From Candidatus Bipolaricaulota bacterium (GTDB lineage Bacteria > Bipolaricaulota > Bipolaricaulia > UBA7950 > UBA9294), in contig JBFMGK010000027.1 of the NCBI GenBank assembly GCA_040752575.1, forward strand, positions 110,319 through 174,318: 64,000 nucleotides of DNA, given 5' to 3'. Below, piece by piece: positions 45,785 to 53,790 of the stretch. Under the pieces are notes generated by a model that worked only from the letters and a program-made list of their open reading frames with translations, ran no database searches and was not told where the DNA came from. The number at the start of each line of letters is the position of its first letter. Within the stretch, counting starts at the first letter, position 1. Position numbers and translations under genes: made by a program.

Positions 45785-46354
45785 ATGAAGAATGCGCTCT
45801 TGTTGGTCGGGACCTGGGTCGGGATCATCCTCTTCGCCTATGCTGTAGCGTTCCTGCCTGCCGAGCGTGCGTGGATCGTTTCCGCCGCGCCCGATGTCGT
45901 GGAGGTCGATGCCGCACGTGGTCTGGCTATCGCTGTGCCGGCCGGCTGGAGTGCTCGGGAGGACGGAGCGGCGATCCTTCTCGTGTCGCCGATCTCCGGA
46001 GTGGACGTGTGGGCCCTCTCCGTAGACTCGGCGTCTTCGGAAGAGGCACTGGCCGCTGCGTGGGAGACGATCGACCCTTGCTCTTCTTGCGAGCGCTCCC
46101 CGATCCTTGAGACGTCGGCAAGTCCGAACGGGGAGCGCACGAGCTTCGCCCTGGGGCCTGACGGCGAGGGGAGAACAGGAAGGGCGGTGGTGCTCACGAT
46201 GGGGGCGGCGGCGCGCGTGCTGATCATCCGGAGAAGCCCCGAAGCGTCCCTCCCGGCGCGCGTCGAGGCCGACCTCGGGAGGATCGAGAGCGGATTCCGT
46301 GCGGTCGTCTCGGACGGGACGACACCCGAACCGGCGGTCGATGTGTCGGTCTGA
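45785..46354 (+). CDS. Hypothetical membrane-anchored/exported protein
   Basis: N-terminal TM, IAVPAGW motif, CxxC; TAGAAT and SD GGAGG upstream. Confidence 0.6.
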   Translation: MKNALLLVGTWVGIILFAYAVAFLPAERAWIVSAAPDVVEVDAARGLAIAVPAGWSAREDGAAILLVSPISGVDVWALSVDSASSEEALAAAWETIDPCSSCERSPILETSASPNGERTSFALGPDGEGRTGRAVVLTMGAAARVLIIRRSPEASLPARVEADLGRIESGFRAVVSDGTTPEPAVDVSV

Positions 46355-46357
46355 GAT

Positions 46358-47695
46358 CTACCCAGCCGTGACCGAGACGTCGTCCACCCGGACATAAGGA
46401 ACGGAGATCCCGAAGATCTGCTGGCTCTCACGGGAAGTGTCCACGACAGCACGAAGGGCCTCGAAGACGTTCCCCGCAACCAATGTTCCAGCGACGGGCT
46501 CCGCGCGAACTCCGTTTCGTATGGAACGCGCCGCCTTGGCAACTCCGGAGAAGTCTCCCGAGACCGGATCGACGTTGCCCGAGAAGCGTGCCACGAAGAG
46601 CCCATGCGGCGTATCCGCGATGATCTCGTCGAGCGACGAGCGGCCCGAGGCCAAGGTGAGATTGGTCGGACCGATGAGCGGCGGCGAGCTCGCCGAGCCT
46701 GAGGCATGACCGGTGCTGACCGCGCCCGACGCGGCGGCTGAGTAGACGTTATGCAGGATCGCGGCCAGGCGCCCGCGGTCGATCAGGCAGAGCGGCGCGT
46801 GCGGCACCCCCTCGCGATCGAAGGACGCGCTGGCGATGCCTCCGGGGATCGTCCCATCATCGGAGAGCGAGATCGCCGATGACGCCACTGCAGAACCAAG
46901 GGATGCGCGCCAACGGGTTAGACCGCGGAGGGCGTTGCGGCCATTCACCTGGAACAGGATCGGAACGAGCAGAAGGTCAAGCGCTGCACTCGGAGAGAGG
47001 ATCACGAGCCCGCGAAACGTCTCGCCGCGCTCGCTGGCGAGCGAGTCGAGGGCATTCACGCAGGCCTGACGCACGGTGGGTTCGACGTCGACGTCGCGCG
47101 CTCGTCGTGCGGCTCCGGACTGGAAGTCCATGCTCGAGACGCGCTCGCCGTCCTTGGCGGTCACCAGGACGTGGTGGGAGAAAAGAGTCGTGGTTTCCTC
47201 GGCGGCCGCGCCGCGCGTCGTGACGAGAGCCCGCGTGGTCCGCACGGCGGAGACGCTCGCGTCACCGACGATCACGCGGCGATCCACGGCCTCGGCGACT
47301 TCGAGGATACGTGCGGCAACGCGTACGGCGTCGCGAGCGGAAAACGTGGACGCTTCCGGATCCAGAAGGCCCCCGGGAGGCTTGAGCGCGCAAGGTTCGG
47401 CAAGCCGGCTGTGGGGATCGGCCGGCGTAGCCTTGGCCACGGCCACGGCGTCGCTCGCGGCGCTGCGAAGCTCGTCGAGCGAGTTCGTCGACACGAATCC
47501 CATTCGCCGATCCACAACGACACGCAGGCCGATCGTCGAAGAACGGCTGGCGCGTGCGATCTGCAGGTCATGCTTCTCGAGGGTTACGGTGACCTCGTCG
47601 ACGTCGCAGGCAAAGGCCTCCGCCTCGTTAGCTCCTGCACCGAGCGCGAGGCGGCACCCTTCCTGGCAAACCTCCAACCACGGGGAAGAACTCAC
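46358..47695 (-). CDS. pmbA: TldE/PmbA family protein
   Basis: FDREGVP, STGHA, SGDFSG, GNVFEAL; no HExxH; GTGA overlap with tldD. Confidence 0.85.
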   Translation of the reverse strand: MSSSPWLEVCQEGCRLALGAGANEAEAFACDVDEVTVTLEKHDLQIARASRSSTIGLRVVVDRRMGFVSTNSLDELRSAASDAVAVAKATPADPHSRLAEPCALKPPGGLLDPEASTFSARDAVRVAARILEVAEAVDRRVIVGDASVSAVRTTRALVTTRGAAAEETTTLFSHHVLVTAKDGERVSSMDFQSGAARRARDVDVEPTVRQACVNALDSLASERGETFRGLVILSPSAALDLLLVPILFQVNGRNALRGLTRWRASLGSAVASSAISLSDDGTIPGGIASASFDREGVPHAPLCLIDRGRLAAILHNVYSAAASGAVSTGHASGSASSPPLIGPTNLTLASGRSSLDEIIADTPHGLFVARFSGNVDPVSGDFSGVAKAARSIRNGVRAEPVAGTLVAGNVFEALRAVVDTSRESQQIFGISVPYVRVDDVSVTAG

Positions 47696-49086
47696 GATTG
47701 CCGCCCCCCTAGCGTGATCCGGCAGCGGATGTGCGGTCCCCCTGCATCCACCTTGGCCGGTTGTCCTTTCCCGCACATGCCGGCTCCGTACTCCCACGCA
47801 AAGTCCTCCGCGACGGCGTCGATCGACTGCAGCACATCGAACGCGTTTCCCGAGATCGTCACGCCGCGAACCCGTCCGGCGAGCTTTCCGCGAACGATTC
47901 GGAAGGCTTCGCGGACGCCGAACATGAACTCGGCGCTGGAGTCCGCCTGCCCGCCCATGGCAAATCCGCGCAGGTAGTATCCGTCGGTGACGCCTGCGAA
48001 GACGGACTCGAGAGGGGTGTCTCCGCGCTCGATGTACGTATTGGTCATGCGGATGATGGGCTCGTCGCTGAACAGGAAGGCGCGCGCATTGCCCGTCGGC
48101 GCGACACCGTACCGTTCCGCCGTCTCCCGATTATGCAGGTACGACTTCAGGAACCCCCTCTCAATCAGCACGGTCCGCTGCGCGGCCACGCCCTCGTCAT
48201 CGACGGGCAACCGGCCGACGACGTGGGGAGCCCCCGGCGGCAACCCGGCGTCGCACATCGTCACCAGGTCTGATGCGACGCGCGTTCCGAGCTTCCCGGC
48301 CGTGATCGCCCCGCCGAGGACGATGTCGGCCTCCACCGTGTGGCCGATGGCCTCGTGGCAAAGCGTTCCGACGAGTTCCGGGTCCAGGACGACGGTGGCG
48401 GACCCACCCTGGGCGTGGGGCGCAGAGAGTTGATCGATCGCGATGCGCACGGCCTCCTCGACCAAGGCGCCAGGCTCGCGCGCGGCGACGAGCTCGGCCC
48501 ACCCGCCGCTCACGCCTACGGTTGCGTGGCCCATGGTCTGTTCTCCGCCGCGCCCGGCGACGGCAAGCACTCGCAGGCTCGGCCTGGCATCGAGGACGTG
48601 AACGAGCGTTCCACCACTGGTCGCAAGGATCCTGTCCTCCTCGGTCTCGGAGTAGGTGACCGACGATGAGACCATCGCAGGCGAGGCAGCGCGAACTGCC
48701 TCGTCAAGGCGCCGTACCCATGCGAGCTTCTCCTCCAGGGGGTGGGCAGAGAGCGGATCGTTCGTGGGTACGGGAAACGCTCCCTGCAACGGCGCCAGGG
48801 GGGCGAGGCGCACGGCGGGACCGCGGCGAGTCGCCGCCGCGGCGCCGGCAAGTTCGCGCGCCACGACGGCAGTACGCTGCAAGGCCGATTCCGAGAGGTC
48901 CGTCGTGCTGGCGAATCCGAACGATCCCTGCGCGAGGGCGCGCAGCCCCACACCTCGCGTACAGCCGACGGCGCACTGCTCGACGTGTCCCTGGCGTACC
49001 GAAAGGGCGAGCGAGCGGCGCTCCTGATAGCGCGCTTCGAGCCACTCGGGCGAGCGCGCCGCAAGATCGGCAAGAAGCTGTTCCAT
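47692..49086 (-). CDS. tldD: TldD metalloprotease
   Basis: GVGLRA, HEAIGHTVEAD, DDEG, TGNARA, IRMTNTY, CGKGQ. Confidence 0.9.
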   Translation of the reverse strand: MEQLLADLAARSPEWLEARYQERRSLALSVRQGHVEQCAVGCTRGVGLRALAQGSFGFASTTDLSESALQRTAVVARELAGAAAATRRGPAVRLAPLAPLQGAFPVPTNDPLSAHPLEEKLAWVRRLDEAVRAASPAMVSSSVTYSETEEDRILATSGGTLVHVLDARPSLRVLAVAGRGGEQTMGHATVGVSGGWAELVAAREPGALVEEAVRIAIDQLSAPHAQGGSATVVLDPELVGTLCHEAIGHTVEADIVLGGAITAGKLGTRVASDLVTMCDAGLPPGAPHVVGRLPVDDEGVAAQRTVLIERGFLKSYLHNRETAERYGVAPTGNARAFLFSDEPIIRMTNTYIERGDTPLESVFAGVTDGYYLRGFAMGGQADSSAEFMFGVREAFRIVRGKLAGRVRGVTISGNAFDVLQSIDAVAEDFAWEYGAGMCGKGQPAKVDAGGPHIRCRITLGGRQS

Positions 49087-49188
49087 GGTCCTCCCCGGCG
49101 AGCGCGCCGCCAGGCGCTTCGCGCGACCCGGAGGATACTCGGAGCGAAGACGGCACGAAAGGCTCGGCGAACGCGGACAAGATCGCGC

Positions 49189-49218
49189 TTGACAGTCGTC
49201 GAGAGCACTCCGCATACT
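49189..49218 (+). promoter_or_regulatory. Promoter of the tRNA operon
   Basis: TTGACA-N18-CATACT, 13 nt before the tRNA. Confidence 0.55.
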
Positions 49219-49231
49219 CCGTGCGCGGCAC

Positions 49232-49303
49232 GGGTCCATAGCTCAGGGGGAGAGCAGCCGGCTCATAACCGGTTGGTCCCAGGTTCGAAACCTGGTGGAC
49301 CCA
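49232..49303 (+). tRNA. tRNA with CAU anticodon, most likely tRNA-Ile2 (lysidine type); CCA not encoded
   Basis: Acceptor GGGTCCA/TGGACCC, D arm GCTC..GAGC, anticodon arm GCCGG-CTCATAA-CCGGT, T arm CCAGG-TTCGAAA-CCTGG; G1-C72 paired so not fMet; GGCTCATAACC as in known Ile2 tRNAs (elongator Met not excluded). Confidence 0.9.
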
Positions 49304-49307
49304 CAGC

Positions 49308-49829
49308 ATGGACAAGCTGTTTGTGTATGTCGATGGAGGAGCCCGCGGCGAGCCGGGAGACGCGAGCATCGGGATCGCGATCACCGACCCGCAGGGAGAC
49401 ACCGTCGAGGAGATCTCGGAGCTCATCGGGCGTTCGACCACGGACGTTGCCGAGTACCGGGCGCTGGTCGAAGGAGCGCGGCGAGCTGTCGCGCTGCGTC
49501 CTCCGGCCGCCGTCTTCTTCACGGACAATCAGAGATTGGCAAACTACGTGAACGGCGTCTTCGAGACGCGGGAGCCGCACGTCCGGCATCTTGTCGAACG
49601 CGCCATAGGGCTCCTCAACCAGCTTCCGCAGTGGAGGGTGAACTACGTGGACCGCAGAGCGCTCGGGCGGGCACCGCGCCTCGTCGAGCAGGCGTTCCAC
49701 CGAAGCGTCCAGGCGCAAATGGGGCGTGAACGAATGGAATCGACCCTGCTATCGCGTGCGGCGACGCTGAGTGAAGAGGGGCTCCGCAAGCTGATCGAGG
49801 CGGCCGAACGCCTCCAGGAACTCGAGTAG
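49308..49829 (+). CDS. Ribonuclease HI family protein (divergent, C-terminal extension)
   Basis: VYVDGGARGEPG, AEYRAL, FTDNQ motifs; fourth acidic site altered. Confidence 0.75.
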   Translation: MDKLFVYVDGGARGEPGDASIGIAITDPQGDTVEEISELIGRSTTDVAEYRALVEGARRAVALRPPAAVFFTDNQRLANYVNGVFETREPHVRHLVERAIGLLNQLPQWRVNYVDRRALGRAPRLVEQAFHRSVQAQMGRERMESTLLSRAATLSEEGLRKLIEAAERLQELE

Positions 49830-49832
49830 ACG

Positions 49833-50291
49833 ATGAGGATCGTCCTTCAGCGCGTGCAGCGAGCCGCGGTGCGCGTCGCTGGCGAGGTGCTTGGCGAGAT
49901 GGCGGAGGGCCTCGTGTTGCTCGTCGGCATCGCGCCGGACGACGTCCTCCTCGATGTGGCCGCGGCCGCTCGTAAGGTGCTGGACCTGCGGATCTTCGAG
50001 GACGCGTCAGGGAAGATGAACCTCTCCGCGCGCGAGACTGGGGCGGGTGTGATGGCCGTGTCGCAGTTCACCCTGTTCGGCGACGCTCGCAAGGGGCGAC
50101 GGCCGAGCTTCGTCGCGGCAGCGCGGCCTGAGGTTGCGGAGCCGGTCTTCGATGCGTTTGTGGCCGCACTGCGGGCCGAGGGAGCGCAAGTGGCCGTCGG
50201 GCGCTTCGGTGCGCACATGCACCTGGAGTTGGTGAACGACGGGCCTGTGACCCTTGTGCTCGAGCTTGCGAGCGCGGGGAGTGAGGGGTAG
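49833..50291 (+). CDS. dtd: D-aminoacyl-tRNA deacylase
   Basis: MRIVLQRV, LRIFED, VSQFTL, KGRRPSF, GRFGAHM, NDGPVT. Confidence 0.96.
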   Translation: MRIVLQRVQRAAVRVAGEVLGEMAEGLVLLVGIAPDDVLLDVAAAARKVLDLRIFEDASGKMNLSARETGAGVMAVSQFTLFGDARKGRRPSFVAAARPEVAEPVFDAFVAALRAEGAQVAVGRFGAHMHLELVNDGPVTLVLELASAGSEG

Positions 50292-50343
50292 ACTCCCCCT
50301 CTGTGGTTTGGTAGCTCGGCGCCACGCCGGGCCAGGAGGAAAG

Positions 50344-50538
50344 ATGGCTGTTCCGAAATACCGTTCGTCCCGCTCGAAGGTGCGAATGCGCCGAAACCAC
50401 TGGCGCAAGATGGACCCGGTGCCTTCCACCGAGTGTTCCCACTGCCACGAGACGAAGCTCCCGCATCGGGCGTGCCCGCACTGCGGGTACTACAACGGGA
50501 TCGAGATCGTCGCCCAGAAGCCGACGAGCGAGTCCTAA
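50344..50538 (+). CDS. rpmF: 50S ribosomal protein L32
   Basis: MAVPKYRSSRSK..RR, CSHC..HRACPHCGYY; SD AGGAGG. Confidence 0.95.
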   Translation: MAVPKYRSSRSKVRMRRNHWRKMDPVPSTECSHCHETKLPHRACPHCGYYNGIEIVAQKPTSES

Positions 50539-50556
50539 ACGCTGAAAGGGTTTCCG

Positions 50557-50586
50557 AGGCGGGGCGCGATGCCCCGCTTTGCTTTG
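50557..50586 (+). terminator. Probable intrinsic terminator after rpmF
   Basis: GCGGGGC-GCGAT-GCCCCGC followed by TTTGCTTTG. Confidence 0.55.
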
Positions 50587-50639
50587 CCGATTGCGTCGCC
50601 GTTGACCCTGCACATCTGCCTTCGCCGATCCAAAGAGCG

Positions 50640-50668
50640 TTGACACCTCGATCCGTTGCGTACAGAAT
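50640..50668 (+). promoter_or_regulatory. Promoter upstream of the extended ftsZ
   Basis: Perfect -35 TTGACA-N17-CAGAAT, 14 nt before ATG 50683. Confidence 0.55.
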
Positions 50669-50682
50669 GGCAGGGATGGGAC

Positions 50683-52041
50683 ATGGCCCCTGAAAGCGAC
50701 GAGTCGGGACAGAGAGGCGAGAGCGGAGCACGCGCTTCGTGGCGCGCGATTCGCAATGCAATTGACGACCAGGTACTTCGCGCCTGTCTCCCTCTCGATC
50801 CCGCGGCGCTTCGCGTCGATGGCAGGACGGTGTTCATCGACGTCGACAGCGAATTCAAGCGCGAGTACTGCCGGCGCAAGCAGGACAAGGTCGCTGCTGC
50901 GGTCGAGCGCGTTCTCGGTCCGCGAGACGTGACGTTCGACCTCCCGCTGGTCGCTGGAGTCTCTCTGGATGCTCCGGCGCCGCCCGGGCGCGGCTCCGCG
51001 AGGATCGCGGTTCTAGGGATCGGAGCGGGCGGCGTCAACGCGGTTGTGCGCATGCGTGCCGAGCGGCTGAGCGGCGTGAGGCTGGTCGCCGTCGACACGG
51101 ACCGCCAGGTACTGCAGGCAGCTGCGATGCCCGAGAGCCTGCAGCTTGGACTGGACGTGACCGGAGGACGGGGCACGGGGGGGCAGGTCGACAAGGGCCG
51201 CAGAGCCGCGGCAGAGTCGCGTTGGGAGGTCGGGAAACTCGTCGAAGGCGCCGACCTCGTGTTCCTTACGGCAGGGCTTGGCGGCGGGACCGGTACAGGC
51301 GCTGCGCCCGGGGTCGCTGCGATGGCGCGGGAAAGCGGTGCGCTGACCATCGGCGTCGTGACGCGGCCCTTCGCTTTCGAGGGCGCGACGCGCCGGCAGA
51401 ACGCCGAGCGCGGGATCGAAGAACTGCGCGCCGCAGCCGACGTCCTGATCGTCGTGTCGAACGATCGGTTGCTCGAGACCAGTGCGCGCGGTATGCCCAT
51501 GGCCAAGGCATTCGACCTTGCCGACGGCATCCTGCACCAAGGGGTGCGGGGTATCTCCGACCTCATCACGGTGCGCGGGCTCATCAACCTTGACTTCGCC
51601 GACGTGCGGAGCCTGCTCGAACGCGCCGGGGAAGCGATGATGGGAATGGGGAGAGCTGACGGGCCCGGGCGAGCCCTTGCCGCGGCCAAGGCGGCCAGCA
51701 CCAATCCGCTTCTCGAGGGCGACTCGATTCGCGGCGCACGAAAGCTGATCATGAACGTCACCGGGGGGGGCGACTTGACGCTCGGCGAGGTGATGCTCGC
51801 CGCCGACCACGTGCGGCGTGCTGCGGCCACGGAGTGCGATCTGATCTTCGGCGCCGTCATCCGACCAGAAGTCGCCGACGGGCTCCAGATCACGGTGATT
51901 GCGGCGGGGTTCCGCGGAGAGGAAGCGCTGGAACGAGAGGAACACCGCGCCGCCCGTCGCGAGCGCGTTCCGCGCAACACGAATCTGGATGTCCCCACGT
52001 TCCTGCGGCGGGAGCGCGGCACCGGAGAGGAGGAGCGATGA
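50683..52041 (+). CDS. ftsZ: Cell division protein FtsZ with ~100 aa N-terminal extension
   Basis: GLGGGTGTG tubulin signature, TRPFAFEG, VSNDRL, T7 loop INLDFADVR, C-terminal peptide LDVPTFLRR. Confidence 0.93.
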   Translation: MAPESDESGQRGESGARASWRAIRNAIDDQVLRACLPLDPAALRVDGRTVFIDVDSEFKREYCRRKQDKVAAAVERVLGPRDVTFDLPLVAGVSLDAPAPPGRGSARIAVLGIGAGGVNAVVRMRAERLSGVRLVAVDTDRQVLQAAAMPESLQLGLDVTGGRGTGGQVDKGRRAAAESRWEVGKLVEGADLVFLTAGLGGGTGTGAAPGVAAMARESGALTIGVVTRPFAFEGATRRQNAERGIEELRAAADVLIVVSNDRLLETSARGMPMAKAFDLADGILHQGVRGISDLITVRGLINLDFADVRSLLERAGEAMMGMGRADGPGRALAAAKAASTNPLLEGDSIRGARKLIMNVTGGGDLTLGEVMLAADHVRRAAATECDLIFGAVIRPEVADGLQITVIAAGFRGEEALEREEHRAARRERVPRNTNLDVPTFLRRERGTGEEER

Positions 52042-52742
52042 GAGACGGAGCCCGCTTCGCGGCGGACGGGGATGCCCCCCGCGTTGCGATTGCGTTCCTC
52101 GACGCGCTGCCACTCCTTCCCAGCGAGGTCGAGAAGGACGGGTTCCTCGTGACGACGTTGAATCCGGGCGAGGCTCGCGAGCGCATCGTCGAATGGCGAC
52201 CGGATCTCGTTCTCCTTGGACTGGGTGCGCCGGGGCAGATGGACGAGGCGCAGGCCCTTCTGCTGTGGCTGCTGACGCGGCCGGAGCGTCCGGCGGTCGT
52301 CGCCCTGACGTGGCTCAACCGCGCTGCCGATCGGGTGCAGGCGCTGGATGACGGGGCCGACGACATCGTCCCTGCGTCGTGTCCGGCCGAAGAAGTGCGG
52401 GCGAGAATCCGCGCCGTCCTCCGTCGCTCGAAGCCGGGGTTGAGCGGGCTTCGACTCGTGATCGACGACGAGCGGAAGGAGGTCCGCATCGGAGGCCGGC
52501 GCGTGACCCTGTCTCCCAAGGAGTATGCCCTGCTCTCACTCCTCGCTTCGTCGCCCGGCCGCGTCTTCTCGAGCCGCGAGATCGTCAACTGCCTGTGGCC
52601 CGGGAGCAAACGCCGCACCTACGCGACGGAACAGGACGCGCAGAAGTACATCTACCTCTTGCGGCGCAAGATCGAGGCCGACGCGTCCAACCCGATGATT
52701 GTCGTCACGGTTCGCGGCTTCGGGTATCGCCTCGCCCTCTAG
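52038..52742 (+). CDS. OmpR-type winged-helix regulator with degenerate receiver domain
   Basis: [58 protein letters not shown] overlap with ftsZ. Confidence 0.88.
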   Translation: MRDGARFAADGDAPRVAIAFLDALPLLPSEVEKDGFLVTTLNPGEARERIVEWRPDLVLLGLGAPGQMDEAQALLLWLLTRPERPAVVALTWLNRAADRVQALDDGADDIVPASCPAEEVRARIRAVLRRSKPGLSGLRLVIDDERKEVRIGGRRVTLSPKEYALLSLLASSPGRVFSSREIVNCLWPGSKRRTYATEQDAQKYIYLLRRKIEADASNPMIVVTVRGFGYRLAL

Positions 52743-53779
52743 ATGTCACGGATGTCGAGATAGAGAGGCGTCGGAGGCAGCGTTGCCCGCGCCACCGGGC
52801 GGACCATCGTGTGATAGCCCAGCGCAGTATCGGGGAAGAAGCGCGGCAGGCGCGCCAGCGGGTCATCGCGGTAGAGGAACAGCGTCAAGATATCAATCCC
52901 CTCGGCGTAGGCATTGCGGCGAATCGTCGCCACAAGGTCTCGGAGCGCCTCATGGCCGCGGGGGCCGCGGCAGATGGGATCAAAGAGCTGAAGGTACGCG
53001 ATCTGCTGTCCGACCCGAGGCACGCGGGGGAGGGGAAAGGCGCGGGCCAGCGGGTTCAGGAACGCGCCCAGGACTCGCAGGGACGACGGCATGTGGACGA
53101 CGCGGCCTCGGTAGATGGAAGACAGGTCCCAGGCGCTGACCTGAGCGCTCGACGTGCCGCGCTCGATCCGATAGATTCCTCGCAGGTAGCCCAGCTCGGC
53201 TCCGCGACGGTAGGCGGCGCCGAAATCCAGCGGGCGAAGCGAGCGCGGGCCGACGGCTTCCTGGATGCGATCGAGTTCGGCCTCGAGCGTCTCCAGGTGC
53301 GGGTCGAGTTCCGGCGCCTTCCCCCGGAGAGAAGGCAACGTCAGGATATCGAACGACGCGGCGGCGGACGCGTTCATCCGCGTCACGACGTTGAGCGAGT
53401 CGGTGTTGTCGCACTTCACGTGTCCGTAGAGAAACGCCGAGCCCGCGGCCTCGATCTCGGCAAGAACCGCGTTCCACAGCCTCAGCAGCCCGCGCTTCAT
53501 GCTACGTCGATAGCCGGCCTCGCCGCGCAGATCGTAGAAGTACGCGGCGCGATCCGGCTTGCCGTCGATGAGGACGTCCTTGATGGCGAACGCCATGACG
53601 CCGACGATGCGACCGTCTTCGACGGCCAGAAGGACCTTCGCCCGTTCGTGCATTCGCGATCGGTAGAAGTAGTCCTCGCGGTCGATGAGGATCGCGATCC
53701 CCGTCCCCTGGGGACTCTGCGCCTCGAGGCCGAGTAGTTCATGGTTGTCAGCCGGGATTGCCTCGCGAATCTCGAACAT
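52739..53779 (-). CDS. GNAT-like N-acetyltransferase domain protein
   Basis: MFEIREA, LAVEDGRIVG, YFYDLR, N..S pattern of the GNAT fold. Confidence 0.6.
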   Translation of the reverse strand: MFEIREAIPADNHELLGLEAQSPQGTGIAILIDREDYFYRSRMHERAKVLLAVEDGRIVGVMAFAIKDVLIDGKPDRAAYFYDLRGEAGYRRSMKRGLLRLWNAVLAEIEAAGSAFLYGHVKCDNTDSLNVVTRMNASAAASFDILTLPSLRGKAPELDPHLETLEAELDRIQEAVGPRSLRPLDFGAAYRRGAELGYLRGIYRIERGTSSAQVSAWDLSSIYRGRVVHMPSSLRVLGAFLNPLARAFPLPRVPRVGQQIAYLQLFDPICRGPRGHEALRDLVATIRRNAYAEGIDILTLFLYRDDPLARLPRFFPDTALGYHTMVRPVARATLPPTPLYLDIRDI

Positions 53780-53790
53780 GCGTATCCTTT

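Noticed and set aside
46358..49086. tldD/pmbA as part of a RiPP cluster
   Set aside because: No precursor peptide, YcaO or other modifying enzymes adjacent; ordinary housekeeping pair
49232..49303. tRNA as an integration site for a genomic island
   Set aside because: No integrase, no duplicated tRNA 3' end seen, and the flanks are housekeeping genes
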